DNA from: Calditrichia bacterium
GTDB taxonomy: Bacteria; Calditrichota; Calditrichia; RBG-13-44-9; J075
Length of the DNA stretch: 64,000 nucleotides
Reading direction: 5' to 3'
NCBI GenBank assembly: GCA_050633245.1
Contig: JBOEGD010000032.1
Span: forward strand, 1-64,000
Shown: piece after piece, positions 46,341 through 55,575 of the stretch
Layout of the letters: each line of letters begins with the position of its first letter
Numbering within the stretch: the stretch's first letter is position 1
The notes under the pieces: model-generated
Databases searched by the model: none
What the model was told of the DNA's origin: nothing
What the model saw: only the letters and a program-made list of their open reading frames with translations
Position numbers and translations under genes: made by a program

Positions 46341-46488
46341 GAGGCAAGAGGCAAGACGTAAACCCGCGCCAGGCTGAGCGGAGTCGAAGCCAGAGCAGAA
46401 CAACTTGCGGGAGGCAAGAGGCGAGACGTAAACCCGCGCCAGGCTGAGCGGAGTCGAAGCCAGAGCGAGCATGCTTGCCTCTCGCCTC
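46341..46488. repeat. Two 56-bp direct repeats (70-bp period) containing a REP-like core, bounded by inverted heptamer arms
   Basis: 46341-46396 and 46411-46466 differ at one base; core CGCCAGGCTGAGCGGAGTCGAAGCC; CTTGCCTCTCGCCTC at 46474-46488 is the near inverse of GAGGCAAGAGGCAAG. Confidence 0.9.
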
Positions 46489-46503
46489 CGACTTCTGGCT
46501 GAC

Positions 46504-46911
46504 CTACTTCCGTTTCGACCGCATCGCCTTGACACGTTCCACCGAAGTTTTTTGTAAATTCGCATATTCATCGCTGTCTGCTGAAAAAAGAGCAACTTTT
46601 CCTTTAGCATTACTGTGAATTCCCCAGCCATAGCGTTTTGCCAATGGTGACGTACGCAAACAAGCCTGTCCTTTCGAAAAGAACTGCTCACGTGCAGCAT
46701 CCCGCTCAGCCATAGGAATCTTATTACGCTCTGCGTGTATATCAAAAATCACTTCATCGGATGTAAACTGATAGGGATGCTCGAACAGCATCTCAAACTG
46801 ATAGTTCGCAACTGACTTCTTCTCGCCACGTAATGGCGGAACAACGCCTGATATTGTTGGACAATCTTCCGCGATTTCAATAAGTGTATTAAAATAATTT
46901 GTTGTCTTCAT
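46504..46911 (-). CDS. DUF6157-like hypothetical protein
   Basis: MKTTNYFNTLIEIAEDCP...FFSKGQACLRTSPLAKRYGWGIH...KAMRSKR, family recognised from memory. Confidence 0.75.
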   Translation of the reverse strand: MKTTNYFNTLIEIAEDCPTISGVVPPLRGEKKSVANYQFEMLFEHPYQFTSDEVIFDIHAERNKIPMAERDAAREQFFSKGQACLRTSPLAKRYGWGIHSNAKGKVALFSADSDEYANLQKTSVERVKAMRSKRK

Positions 46912-46953
46912 GTTTACCCCATGACTATCGTTGCTTTGCATAGCTTTTCAATT

Positions 46954-47283
46954 TTAGTCTTTTTTGGCCGGTCTACTTATGGCAGATGTGTCAGGCAGTC
47001 TATTATCATTCTCAAAGAAGTTTGAAAGAGAGGTCTTGAAGTAGTAACTAGTATAAGTAATAACCGACCAAATTAACCACGATGGTATTATGACTAATGC
47101 TAAACCATAAATTGGGCTTATCTTGCCGACCATTAAGGAAATTATTGCACTTGGGAAAAGGACGCCTAGAATGACCAATAAATAACCACTCATTGATACC
47201 GGAACAAACACTAGAAATATTATTAAAGTAATTTGTATTGCCATTACGATAAGCGATATCTTCCAAAAGGTTCTGTTGAACAT
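46954..47283 (-). CDS. Small hypothetical membrane protein (about 3 TM)
   Basis: 109 aa, hydrophobic, AAGGAG RBS, co-oriented with its neighbours. Confidence 0.65.
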   Translation of the reverse strand: MFNRTFWKISLIVMAIQITLIIFLVFVPVSMSGYLLVILGVLFPSAIISLMVGKISPIYGLALVIIPSWLIWSVITYTSYYFKTSLSNFFENDNRLPDTSAISRPAKKD

Positions 47284-47352
47284 CTTCGCTCCTTTGCGAC
47301 GCTTCTAAAGTTGAATTAAGCGGGCTACGTTACGCTAACCCAAGCTACGATG

Positions 47353-47374
47353 TTCTGCCTTCTGCCTTCTGCCT
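47353..47374. repeat. Heptamer tandem array (TTCTGCC) x3
   Basis: Abuts the stop codon of the 47373..47960 gene. Confidence 0.8.
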
Positions 47375-47960
47375 ATTCTAAATCTTCTCTACAGTACAAA
47401 TTATCACCACGCTTGTTCTTCTTGATTTTCCAGTAATGAATAGCATCCTGCATAGATTTATCCGGATTGCCTGCCAGAAAGTCCCGGATATAGCGGTTGT
47501 ACTGAAGATGCGGTAGGATTTCCTTCGGTTTCGTTCTGGATTTCTGTTCCGCTTCTATCTGTAGCCAGGCTTCGGCTGCATCGGCAAGTGTTTTGCCATA
47601 GTTCATCTTTATCCAGTCCATGAAAATGATATTGAAACGAAACCGTTTACCGATATATTCTGCAAAAAAACCTCGTACGTTTTGATTGTTTTTATAGCTG
47701 TCGGTCAGAACAGTGTCTGCTGTCAGTTTTTCCTTACGCCAATCAAAATTGGAAGTCGGTTCGCTGCTTTTCGCGCGGACGGTTTTTTTAAGTTCGCCAC
47801 TTTGCAGGAAGCTGCTAATACGTTCCTCAAGTGTTGTCTTATTACCGGTGGGATTGATTCCAACCGAGCGACAAAAAGCAACCAGCTCTTCTTTTAGCCA
47901 GTAAAAGTCTTTAAAGTCTTGCTCAGAAATGGTTGGATCTAGTTCTGGTCTTGTGTCCAT
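47373..47960 (-). CDS. SAP-like plus DUF6434-like domain protein
   Basis: RPEL...FKDFYWLKEELVAFCR...GNKTTLEERI; YKNNQNVRGFF...FRFNIIFMDW; QYNRYIRDF. Confidence 0.75.
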   Translation of the reverse strand: MDTRPELDPTISEQDFKDFYWLKEELVAFCRSVGINPTGNKTTLEERISSFLQSGELKKTVRAKSSEPTSNFDWRKEKLTADTVLTDSYKNNQNVRGFFAEYIGKRFRFNIIFMDWIKMNYGKTLADAAEAWLQIEAEQKSRTKPKEILPHLQYNRYIRDFLAGNPDKSMQDAIHYWKIKKNKRGDNLYCREDLE

Positions 47961-47984
47961 GGAAATTTTATTCAGCTTTGACGA

Positions 47985-48848
47985 TTAGGTTAGAAATTTT
48001 TTGATTACGTCTTCTACCTGCTTGGTTCCATCCGGGTCCGCCTGTGTTTTAAAGCGACAGAATTCTTCTGCCCAGCCGGATGTGCGAACACGTAATGGTG
48101 GATTCGACTTTTGCGATACGTCAAACACAACCTTCGCGACCTGCTCTGCTGTCTGATAAACCTGGCTTTCACCAGATGCGGCACGTTCGCGTATCCCGGT
48201 CATGTATTTTTCTAAAATGGACTGATAGGGCTCAATCGTCAACTCTCCATTGGTCACGGTTTTTTGCATTGCCGAGGTCATGAAGTCAGAAACGATGCCA
48301 CCGGGTTCGACGATTGAAAATTGGATACCGAATTTACTGGTCAGATAGGTTGCAAGACCCTCTGTGTAGCCTTCGACGGCAAATTTGGCTGCACAGTAGA
48401 GTTCATTAAACGGCTGTCCTACCAATCCACCAACCGAAGATATGTTGATAACATGTCCGGATTGTTGCTTGCGCATATGCATGAGAACGGCCTTGGTGCA
48501 GCGCACGACGCCAAAGTAATTTACATCGGTGACCCACTGTATTTCTTCTTCCGTTGCATGTTCGGTTGTCTTTGCGAAACCGGCACCGGCATTATTAACC
48601 AAAATATCTATTCGTCCGGCCTGTTCAATAACTTGGTCGATGCAGTTCTGGATCGATGCAGTATCCGTTACGTCCAGCTGTAGTATATCTACATTAACGC
48701 CGACCTCTTTAGCCTTTTCCAGTAGTGTGACGCTTTTTTCAAGATTACGCATTGTTGCAAAAACGCGATGGTTATTTTTTGCGTAGAGAAGCGCAGCTTC
48801 TAAACCCAGACCGGAAGACGTTCCGGTAATCAGAACAACTTTTTTCAT
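47985..48848 (-). CDS. Short-chain dehydrogenase/reductase (SDR)
   Basis: TGTSSGLG, NNAG, catalytic YCAAK. Confidence 0.93.
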   Translation of the reverse strand: MKKVVLITGTSSGLGLEAALLYAKNNHRVFATMRNLEKSVTLLEKAKEVGVNVDILQLDVTDTASIQNCIDQVIEQAGRIDILVNNAGAGFAKTTEHATEEEIQWVTDVNYFGVVRCTKAVLMHMRKQQSGHVINISSVGGLVGQPFNELYCAAKFAVEGYTEGLATYLTSKFGIQFSIVEPGGIVSDFMTSAMQKTVTNGELTIEPYQSILEKYMTGIRERAASGESQVYQTAEQVAKVVFDVSQKSNPPLRVRTSGWAEEFCRFKTQADPDGTKQVEDVIKKFLT

Positions 48849-49074
48849 GGATGGTACCTTTGTGTTGAGCCAGCATTTTCATGGGAAAGTTAATGAGGCA
48901 ATGCTTTGCACCTCTAACTTTACCATTTTCAGGATGATTTTTAATATAACGGCATTTTTTGTGTAAGGCATATTGATTTCGAATACTATGATTATAACAG
49001 CCTCGTATTGTTGATGCCAATCTTTTAATGGTGAACCGAGCCGATTATGGCAATGGAAATTTTTTCCGCGCTCC

Positions 49075-49106
49075 CCGTAGAGACGCGATACATAGCGTCT
49101 CTACGG
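49075..49106. repeat. GTAG-type REP-like palindrome
   Basis: CCGTAGAGACGC-GATACATA-GCGTCTCTACGG perfect 12-bp inverted repeat in a divergent intergenic region. Confidence 0.8.
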
Positions 49107-49190
49107 AAATATATTTTGCATTCCTTCCCCAAAATCTACTGATAATTCATAATAGATTATAGTAGCGTCCTAATGCGATTATGACAAACG

Positions 49191-50195
49191 ATGGGATTTT
49201 TGAAGATGAAGTCAGTCAATACAGGTATCCGTACCGTTCGATTAGGCAGTAAGTATTGTGGCTTTTGCGTGTTGCGCAATCAATCTGTTCGCCTAACGCG
49301 GCATGGTAAATCCTATCTTCTGTTTGAGGTTGGCGATGCTTCCGGTCGTTCGTACATCAGATTTTGGAAATACGGTGAACGGGAGCGGCAGATAGAGGTT
49401 GGAGCAATTATTAAGGTTTGCGGTACTGTTGAACAAATAAACAATCGACATGAGCTCCAGTTAAGTGAGTGGCGGCCAGCAACGTCTAAAGAGGTTGTTA
49501 CGGAAAAAACAACGCTGCTGCCGGCATCTAAATACTCAAAAGATGAGCTTAGAATTGATTTGCAAAATCATCAGGATTTGATCAAAAACCGCTGGCTGCG
49601 GATGTTGTTGAGGCAGCTTTTTGCTGCATCAGATGAAACGGAAGCATTTTTCGGCGTGCCTGCGGGGAAACTCTGGCATCATGCATATCAGGGTGGTTTA
49701 CTGGAGCATGTTGTAACCATGTTGGATATGGCAACAGCTTTGGCGCGATATAATGAAGCGGTCGATATAGATTTGTTAAAGACAGGAGTTATGTGTCATG
49801 ATGTGGCAAGAGCAATCTGTATATCAGACAATGGATTTTACACATATAATGATAGTGGAAAGCTGTTGGGAGCGCGTGTACTGTCTTATCAAAGAGTTGA
49901 TGCGGAGTGCAAAAAGATCGCTGGTTTTCCGGCTGAGTTACGGGTAAAGCTGCTTCACTTGATTCTTGCATGCAGCTGCCCGGGGGAAAGTGAGGAAGCG
50001 TTTCCGAAGGCCCAGATGGTTGAGGCAATTATCCTCAACCATCTGATCCAAACAAGTGCCTACAGTAATGCTGTGTGTCGTATCGTTACCGAAGGACGCC
50101 TTCCTGGCGATAAATGGACACGTTATGTGAACCTTTTGAAACGTCCTTTGTTCTTCGGTATCGAACCCCCCGATAGCGGGTGTGAGCAAGTTTAG
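49191..50195 (+). CDS. YhaM-like OB-fold plus HD-domain protein with degenerate metal ligands
   Basis: GKSYLLFEVGDASG OB fold; PAGKLWHHAYQGGLLEH; CHD; the downstream H, HH and D ligands are substituted. Confidence 0.78.
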   Translation: MGFLKMKSVNTGIRTVRLGSKYCGFCVLRNQSVRLTRHGKSYLLFEVGDASGRSYIRFWKYGERERQIEVGAIIKVCGTVEQINNRHELQLSEWRPATSKEVVTEKTTLLPASKYSKDELRIDLQNHQDLIKNRWLRMLLRQLFAASDETEAFFGVPAGKLWHHAYQGGLLEHVVTMLDMATALARYNEAVDIDLLKTGVMCHDVARAICISDNGFYTYNDSGKLLGARVLSYQRVDAECKKIAGFPAELRVKLLHLILACSCPGESEEAFPKAQMVEAIILNHLIQTSAYSNAVCRIVTEGRLPGDKWTRYVNLLKRPLFFGIEPPDSGCEQV

Positions 50196-50196
50196 C

Positions 50197-50577
50197 CTAG
50201 TTTACGTACAGGCTGCGGAAGTTAATCCAACGCTCAACAATGTGGCGAAAATTTTTGATCTTGAACGGCTCAACCAGGTGGTCGACGTTCTGATAGCGCT
50301 TCACTTTGCTGGAAAGCTCAGTGGAAACAAAGTTGGAGATAAAGATTACCGGAATCTTGGCGTATCGCGGATCTTTCTTGATCTTGTCCAGAATACCAAT
50401 GCCAAAGTCAGGGCGAACGTTTGCGTTTACAATAATTAATGAAGGCTGATGATAACGCACGTCTGTCATAACCTGATCACCATGATAGTTTATATGAATC
50501 TTGTAGCGATAGTCAAGAAGCAGGTCATTGATAAGCTTTGCACGGTCTTTGCTGGTTTCGAATACGAGTACTTTCAT
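50197..50577 (-). CDS. Stand-alone pseudo-receiver (CheY-like) protein
   Basis: ATG at 50577 after AAGGAG; receiver pattern KVLVFE...PSLIIVN...IPVIFIS...LVEPF with Asp to Asn and Lys to Glu changes. Confidence 0.8.
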   Translation of the reverse strand: MKVLVFETSKDRAKLINDLLLDYRYKIHINYHGDQVMTDVRYHQPSLIIVNANVRPDFGIGILDKIKKDPRYAKIPVIFISNFVSTELSSKVKRYQNVDHLVEPFKIKNFRHIVERWINFRSLYVN

Positions 50578-50602
50578 GGTAGTTCTCCTTAGCTGATGGG
50601 GG

Positions 50603-50845
50603 TTAGGCACTTTCTATTAACACTTGTGATTGAATAACTGTCGATAATATGTTTGGCAGTTCAGCCAAAAGAGCTTCGAGGCTGATGTCGGAAACATTGA
50701 AGCTTGTCTCAGGATCCGTGCCGATGGAAAGTTCATAGTAGCAGTTGCCTTCAGAGGTAAAGAGGCGATTCAGCTTCACGCTGGTATTCAGGAGATTACT
50801 TGCTTCCTGAAGTGCGCTTCCTGATTTTGTCTTTACTGCTTCCAT
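50603..50845 (-). CDS. Small hypothetical protein (80 aa)
   Basis: Globular-looking composition; stop is 25 nt from the next start; lies downstream of a candidate sigma54 promoter. Confidence 0.6.
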   Translation of the reverse strand: MEAVKTKSGSALQEASNLLNTSVKLNRLFTSEGNCYYELSIGTDPETSFNVSDISLEALLAELPNILSTVIQSQVLIESA

Positions 50846-50892
50846 CGTGTCTTCCGTTTGTGTTTTTTACAATGCTCTTTGCCCATCCTTTA

Positions 50893-50909
50893 TTCAACTA
50901 CCGTACCAA
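50893..50909 (-). promoter_or_regulatory. Candidate sigma54 (-24/-12) promoter
   Basis: Minus strand TTGGTACGGTAGTTGAA versus YTGGCACGNNNNTTGCW (A instead of C at -12), 48 nt before the ATG at 50845. Confidence 0.6.
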
Positions 50910-51035
50910 AAAACTAAAATCTTTAATTTTGGATATAAGCTCATTAAAAACAGTAGCTTGTGATTCTCTTTGTGGTTAAGTCTTTTAAAAACAGTCTCTT
51001 GTGTTGTTTTTGGTGCTTTGCGAGTGAGTTTTTCG

Positions 51036-51091
51036 TTGTAAAAAGTGCAATTTACTGTTTTGAGCCGTCTTTCGAGTTGCACTTTTTACAA
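51036..51091. promoter_or_regulatory. Inverted pair of 15-bp TTGYA-N5-TRCAA boxes (putative bEBP enhancer)
   Basis: TTGTAAAAAGTGCAA (51036-51050) and its exact reverse complement TTGCACTTTTTACAA (51077-51091). Confidence 0.7.
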
Positions 51092-51277
51092 TAAATTTGC
51101 TGTTTTCGGAACTTAGCGTGTACGCAATAGCGGAAAAAAAGATTAAAAAAAGTGAAAAGAAGGTAAAAAAATGCGGTTTTCTGCTTTTGGAGAACGAAAT
51201 ATACGTATTTTTTGCAATTATTCTGACTGCGGCGTATTAAAGGATTGTAAGTTGTTACCCCCAACGGGGGGAATTAG

Positions 51278-51308
51278 TCTGCTGATTGTAAAAAGTGCAA
51301 TCAGCAGA
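51278..51308. promoter_or_regulatory. Third identical box, embedded in an extended palindrome
   Basis: TCTGCTGA-TTGTAAAAAGTGCAA-TCAGCAGA; could also act as an RNA hairpin downstream of the bEBP gene. Confidence 0.6.
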
Positions 51309-51392
51309 TAACGAGTATATTCAGAATAGTGGATGCTTATTTAGGGAGAGTTTGAATAATTGAACAAGTGGAATGACGCTTAGTGTGCAGAT

Positions 51393-52736
51393 CTAACCAA
51401 TCTTGCCCATTAACGTGCGGTAATTAATGTCCAGGACTTTACATGCTTCTTTTTTGCTGCCCTTCTTTAAATCCAATACCATCTTGACATAGATTTTTGA
51501 TACCTCTTCGAGGCTTAGCTCGTTTGCCAGTGCCTGATCGAGAAAATTATTTGTATTCTCCAGGATATCAGGTGGTACATTCTCGATATCAATTTGCTGC
51601 TGATTGGTAAGAATCAAGCGCTTAACCGTATTCTCCAGTTCGCGAGCATTACCTTCCCATGTCAGGTGAGACATAAAAGCAATGAAGCGATTGGTAAACT
51701 TTGGTGGCGCAAGCTGATTTTCGCGGCAGAATTGCTCAGTAAAATAATCAATCATTGCAGGAATGTCATCCGGCCGTTCTCGCAGCGGTGGGATGTGAAT
51801 CGGAATAACGTTTAGGCGATAATACAAATCTTCGCGAAACTTATTCTCTTTTATCATTTCGGCCAGCGGCTTATTTGTAGCGGCAATAAGGCGGAAGTTC
51901 ACCGAGATCTCCTGCTCTCCACCGAGACGGTAAAAGCGCTTGGTTTCGAGAATGCGCAAAAGTTTAACCTGTAGCTCCAACGGCATATCCCCAATTTCAT
52001 CCAGGAACAGTGTGCCATTGTGTGCGAGCTCGAATTTGCCCCGCGTCATTTTAGTTGCTCCGGTAAACGCGCCCTTCTCGTACCCAAATAGCTCACTCTC
52101 GAGCAGATTGGGTGGCAATGCGCCGCAATTGATTGCTACAAACTGGTCTTTCAGGCGTACACCCTGCTTATAGATGTGTTTGGCAATAACTTCTTTACCA
52201 ACACCTGATTCACCCGTAACCAGTACTGTTTCACTGCTTTGCTTCAGATTGTTCAAGGTCGAGAGAATTTGCTGCATTTGCTTACTGACGGCAACGATGT
52301 CTTCAAATCGTATATTTTCTTTGAGCTTTGAGCGCAGCTCTTTGTTCTCTCGCTCCAGCAATTGCATTCGCAAGGCCTGCTTTACCAGCTGCGGAAGTTC
52401 TTCTTCCAGGTTTTCATCGCTCTTGGAAAAATAGCTATAGGCACCACGCTTTTGCGCCTCCAAGGCATACTGATGTTCTTTGTAAGACGTTACGACAATT
52501 ATTTCATAGTCTTGCCCACGCTTAATCAGATCATCCAACAGACCGAGGCCATCGGTAATCTGTGGCAGACCAAGATCCAGTATGATTAAATCGGGCTCAA
52601 ACGATTCTGACACCAATAACGCCTCATCCTTGTCCCCGGCCAGCTTAATGCTATACTGATCGCCAATCCATTGCTGGAAGCTGTCGCTCCATAAATCATT
52701 GTCTTCAATAATCAATACTTTATTATTACTTGTCAC
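51393..52736 (-). CDS. Sigma54-dependent response regulator (NtrC family, PrsR-like)
   Basis: Receiver IIEDN...LDLGLP; GESGVGKE; [15 protein letters not shown]; LFLDEIG; [10 protein letters not shown]; C-terminal HTH. Confidence 0.95.
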   Translation of the reverse strand: MTSNNKVLIIEDNDLWSDSFQQWIGDQYSIKLAGDKDEALLVSESFEPDLIILDLGLPQITDGLGLLDDLIKRGQDYEIIVVTSYKEHQYALEAQKRGAYSYFSKSDENLEEELPQLVKQALRMQLLERENKELRSKLKENIRFEDIVAVSKQMQQILSTLNNLKQSSETVLVTGESGVGKEVIAKHIYKQGVRLKDQFVAINCGALPPNLLESELFGYEKGAFTGATKMTRGKFELAHNGTLFLDEIGDMPLELQVKLLRILETKRFYRLGGEQEISVNFRLIAATNKPLAEMIKENKFREDLYYRLNVIPIHIPPLRERPDDIPAMIDYFTEQFCRENQLAPPKFTNRFIAFMSHLTWEGNARELENTVKRLILTNQQQIDIENVPPDILENTNNFLDQALANELSLEEVSKIYVKMVLDLKKGSKKEACKVLDINYRTLMGKIG

Positions 52737-52754
52737 GAAAAATACTCCCGTAAG

Positions 52755-54782
52755 TTATACGGCTTGATATGGTAGACGAATTTGTACCGTTGTTCCGTGG
52801 TTGCGTTTACTGTCGATCGTTACATAACCGGAGTGCATGCGAATAATTTGTTGAACTATGGACAGGCCAAGTCCGGTGCCACCTTCGCGTTTAAAGGTGG
52901 TAAAGAAAGGATCAAAGATCCGATTCAAATGCTGTTCATCGATTCCGTCTCCGGCGTCTTCAATATCAATTGATATCCAAAGATCGCTGCTAACTTTTGA
53001 GGTTGGGTGAAGCGGGCGCGTTGAAATTCGCATTGTCTTGCCTTCACTGTCTCTCATCGCCCGGGTGCCGTTCTCTATAATATTGCTGAACACGCGTCGC
53101 ATCTGATGCATATCCAGTGGAATTTTAGGCAGCTCGTCCGCATAGTTTTTCTCTATTCGAATGTCCTCTGGAATCGTTAACAGATCTAGGCTCATATCAA
53201 CAAGCTGATTAATGTCTACCGGCTTTTTTTGTAGCGGTTGGGGACGCGTATAGTTGAGAAGATCCTTAACCAGCTTTTCTACATGTAAGGCATTTCTAGC
53301 CAAGCGCTCGTTGTCGCTATCCCGCGTATGCAGCTTAACCAGACTTACAAAGGAGCGAAAGTCATGAGCGATTTGCGACGAGAGCATACCGATACCAGCC
53401 ATCTTTTCAGACTGCAGTGCTTGTTGAATAGACTGTAGGTTTGCTATTGCAATGGCAAGCTGAGCACTAAGAAGGCGTAGAATATGTAGATAGCGCTGCG
53501 GAATGGGAATAAAGCGTCGCTCACCACCAAGAAAAATAAGCCCAATAAGGTTATCCTGCTTTATTAAAGGAATACCGAGATAGATGCCGGCATTGTCTAG
53601 CTGTGTAAATAAGACACTGTCATTCTCATAATCGAACTTGTTAAGAATTTTTTGTTCAACCTCCAATTGCTCCAGGAGTTTGGAGTTTGGCGTGTTAACC
53701 AGAGCTTCGATCGCTTGGCTTTGAAATCCAGCCAAATAGGCGATTTGATAAGGGGAGACATCGTATTGAGTTGTAAGAATAGCAACTCGTGGCGTCTTAA
53801 AGGTGTCTCGGCAAAAGTTTGCAACATATTCCAACAGTGCTTCAAGATCAATAAAGCGAATGAGCTGACGGGAAAAATCTTCCAGCTTGCGATCGAGCAG
53901 CTCATTATAACCCAGCAGCGTATTTTCAGATGCCTTAATAAAGAATACTAAAAGGCTGTGGCCAATCCAAACTGCGGAAATAAATATAGGAATGCTCCAG
54001 AGGATAACTTTGAGCCCCGGGGTTTCAGGAGACAAAAAGAAAAAGAGCAAAAATAGTGAGATCAACAAAATAATCGGTAGTAGGTAACGCGTGTCTTCTT
54101 CAATTTCGAGAATTTGAAATCGTCTTGCGCTAAAATACAGGGTAACAGAGATAATTACGTATCCTGCCAGAAAAAGCGGATTGAAGCCCCAAAAATATGG
54201 AAACACATATAATACAATAAGAGTAGCGATGCCAAGCGGGTAGATGACGCGATATAAGGGGGCGATTAATAAGCTTTCGCTGGACGTTCTCACGCGTCTG
54301 CTTTTGTAGTGCAGCTCCATAAACAATAATCCTGAAACGCAGCAAAAGAGAGTAATAAAAACCCAAAAATATTTCGAGTACTCTGCAGTATGTCCGTATC
54401 CGCTATTTTTTAAGCCAACAATTATTGTGTTATCCAAAACGAGCACGACCGGAATAAGTGCTGCCAGAAAAACGGCGGCTTTTCCAACGGTTAAACCAGA
54501 TAGTGTACGCGAGTAGGTAAAGCTATTGGAGAAATAATACAAAATTGCAAGAATAAAGCACTGTAGAATTAAGCGCGATTTCTCTATTAAGAGGTTACCA
54601 TCCACATAGGTGGAATTGCTGACGTAAAGAGCACCGAGGCCTTCCAACGTTAAAAGAAATACGATGTATGAATACAGCGCGATAATAGGAAGCTTGGGTT
54701 TTTGGCGTACCAGTTGAATGATCAACATCGTATTTACGCCAATTGAAAAAACCATCAAAAAATTTACAACAGGGGAGGTCAT
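52755..54782 (-). CDS. Multi-TM sensor histidine kinase with GAF domain (PrsK-like architecture)
   Basis: Hydrophobic N-terminal third, GAF (LGIPLIKQDNLIGLIFLG), H-box IAHDFRS, N-box NIIENG, DAGDGI, FDPFFTT, GTGLGL. Confidence 0.92.
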   Translation of the reverse strand: MTSPVVNFLMVFSIGVNTMLIIQLVRQKPKLPIIALYSYIVFLLTLEGLGALYVSNSTYVDGNLLIEKSRLILQCFILAILYYFSNSFTYSRTLSGLTVGKAAVFLAALIPVVLVLDNTIIVGLKNSGYGHTAEYSKYFWVFITLFCCVSGLLFMELHYKSRRVRTSSESLLIAPLYRVIYPLGIATLIVLYVFPYFWGFNPLFLAGYVIISVTLYFSARRFQILEIEEDTRYLLPIILLISLFLLFFFLSPETPGLKVILWSIPIFISAVWIGHSLLVFFIKASENTLLGYNELLDRKLEDFSRQLIRFIDLEALLEYVANFCRDTFKTPRVAILTTQYDVSPYQIAYLAGFQSQAIEALVNTPNSKLLEQLEVEQKILNKFDYENDSVLFTQLDNAGIYLGIPLIKQDNLIGLIFLGGERRFIPIPQRYLHILRLLSAQLAIAIANLQSIQQALQSEKMAGIGMLSSQIAHDFRSFVSLVKLHTRDSDNERLARNALHVEKLVKDLLNYTRPQPLQKKPVDINQLVDMSLDLLTIPEDIRIEKNYADELPKIPLDMHQMRRVFSNIIENGTRAMRDSEGKTMRISTRPLHPTSKVSSDLWISIDIEDAGDGIDEQHLNRIFDPFFTTFKREGGTGLGLSIVQQIIRMHSGYVTIDSKRNHGTTVQIRLPYQAV

Positions 54783-54784
54783 TG

Positions 54785-55552
54785 TTATTTTTGGCCTCGT
54801 TCTTGATCTTTTGCCTCATCCCAAAGGGCATCCAGCTCCTCCAGGGACTTTCCGTTCATTTGCTCACCCTTTTCAGCCAGCTTCTTTTCGATATATTGGA
54901 ATCGACTGGTAAACTTTTTGTTCGTTTTGCGTAGTGCATCTTCAGCATTGATCTTACGAAACCGACAATAATTGACCAGTGTGAAGAGCAGGTCGCCCAT
55001 TTCTTCTTCCAGCTCCGTTGCATTCTGGGATGCAGCAATTTCGTCCAGCTCCTCCTGAACCTTCTCTAAAACATCTTCCGGGTATTCCCAATCGAAGCCA
55101 GACTGCGACGCTTTATCCTGTAGGCGCTGTGCACGCAGCAGGGCTGACAGGTGACGCGGAATTCCCTGTAACAGCGACTTTCGTTTCTCCGACTTAAACT
55201 TTATTTGCTCCCAATTGTCACGAACATCGTCGGAGTCGTTTACTTGTACATCTCCAAAAACATGCGGATGGCGCTCGATGAGCTTGTTGTTAATGTTCGC
55301 GATAACGTCTTCCAGCTTAAAACGGTCTGTCTCAGCAGCAATCTCTGCCTGAAAGACTACTTGCAACAGTAGGTCGCCGAGCTCTTTCTTAAGCTCAGGC
55401 CAATTTTCATCGTCAATCGTTTCAACGGTTTCGTACGCTTCCTCAAGAATATATTGACGCAGGGTTTGTGGCGTTTGCTCACGATCCCAGGGACATTCTT
55501 TGCGGAGGCGATGCATAATACGAACGAGTTTTTCGAACTCTTCAAGATACAT
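54785..55552 (-). CDS. mazG: Nucleoside triphosphate pyrophosphohydrolase MazG
   Basis: LRKECPWDREQT, EEAYE, ELGDLLLQVVF, RHPHVF, EEEMGDLLF; probable start MYLEEF. Confidence 0.96.
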   Translation of the reverse strand: MYLEEFEKLVRIMHRLRKECPWDREQTPQTLRQYILEEAYETVETIDDENWPELKKELGDLLLQVVFQAEIAAETDRFKLEDVIANINNKLIERHPHVFGDVQVNDSDDVRDNWEQIKFKSEKRKSLLQGIPRHLSALLRAQRLQDKASQSGFDWEYPEDVLEKVQEELDEIAASQNATELEEEMGDLLFTLVNYCRFRKINAEDALRKTNKKFTSRFQYIEKKLAEKGEQMNGKSLEELDALWDEAKDQERGQK

Positions 55553-55575
55553 CGTTAGATCCTGCACTATTGTGG

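Noticed and set aside
46341-46466. Mini-CRISPR array
   Set aside because: Only two copies, a 56-bp unit with a 14-bp spacer, and no cas genes in the window.
50894-51264. 62-aa and 70-aa ORFs in the bEBP downstream gap
   Set aside because: AT-rich and Lys/Phe-biased, no RBS seen, and they overlap the regulatory boxes.
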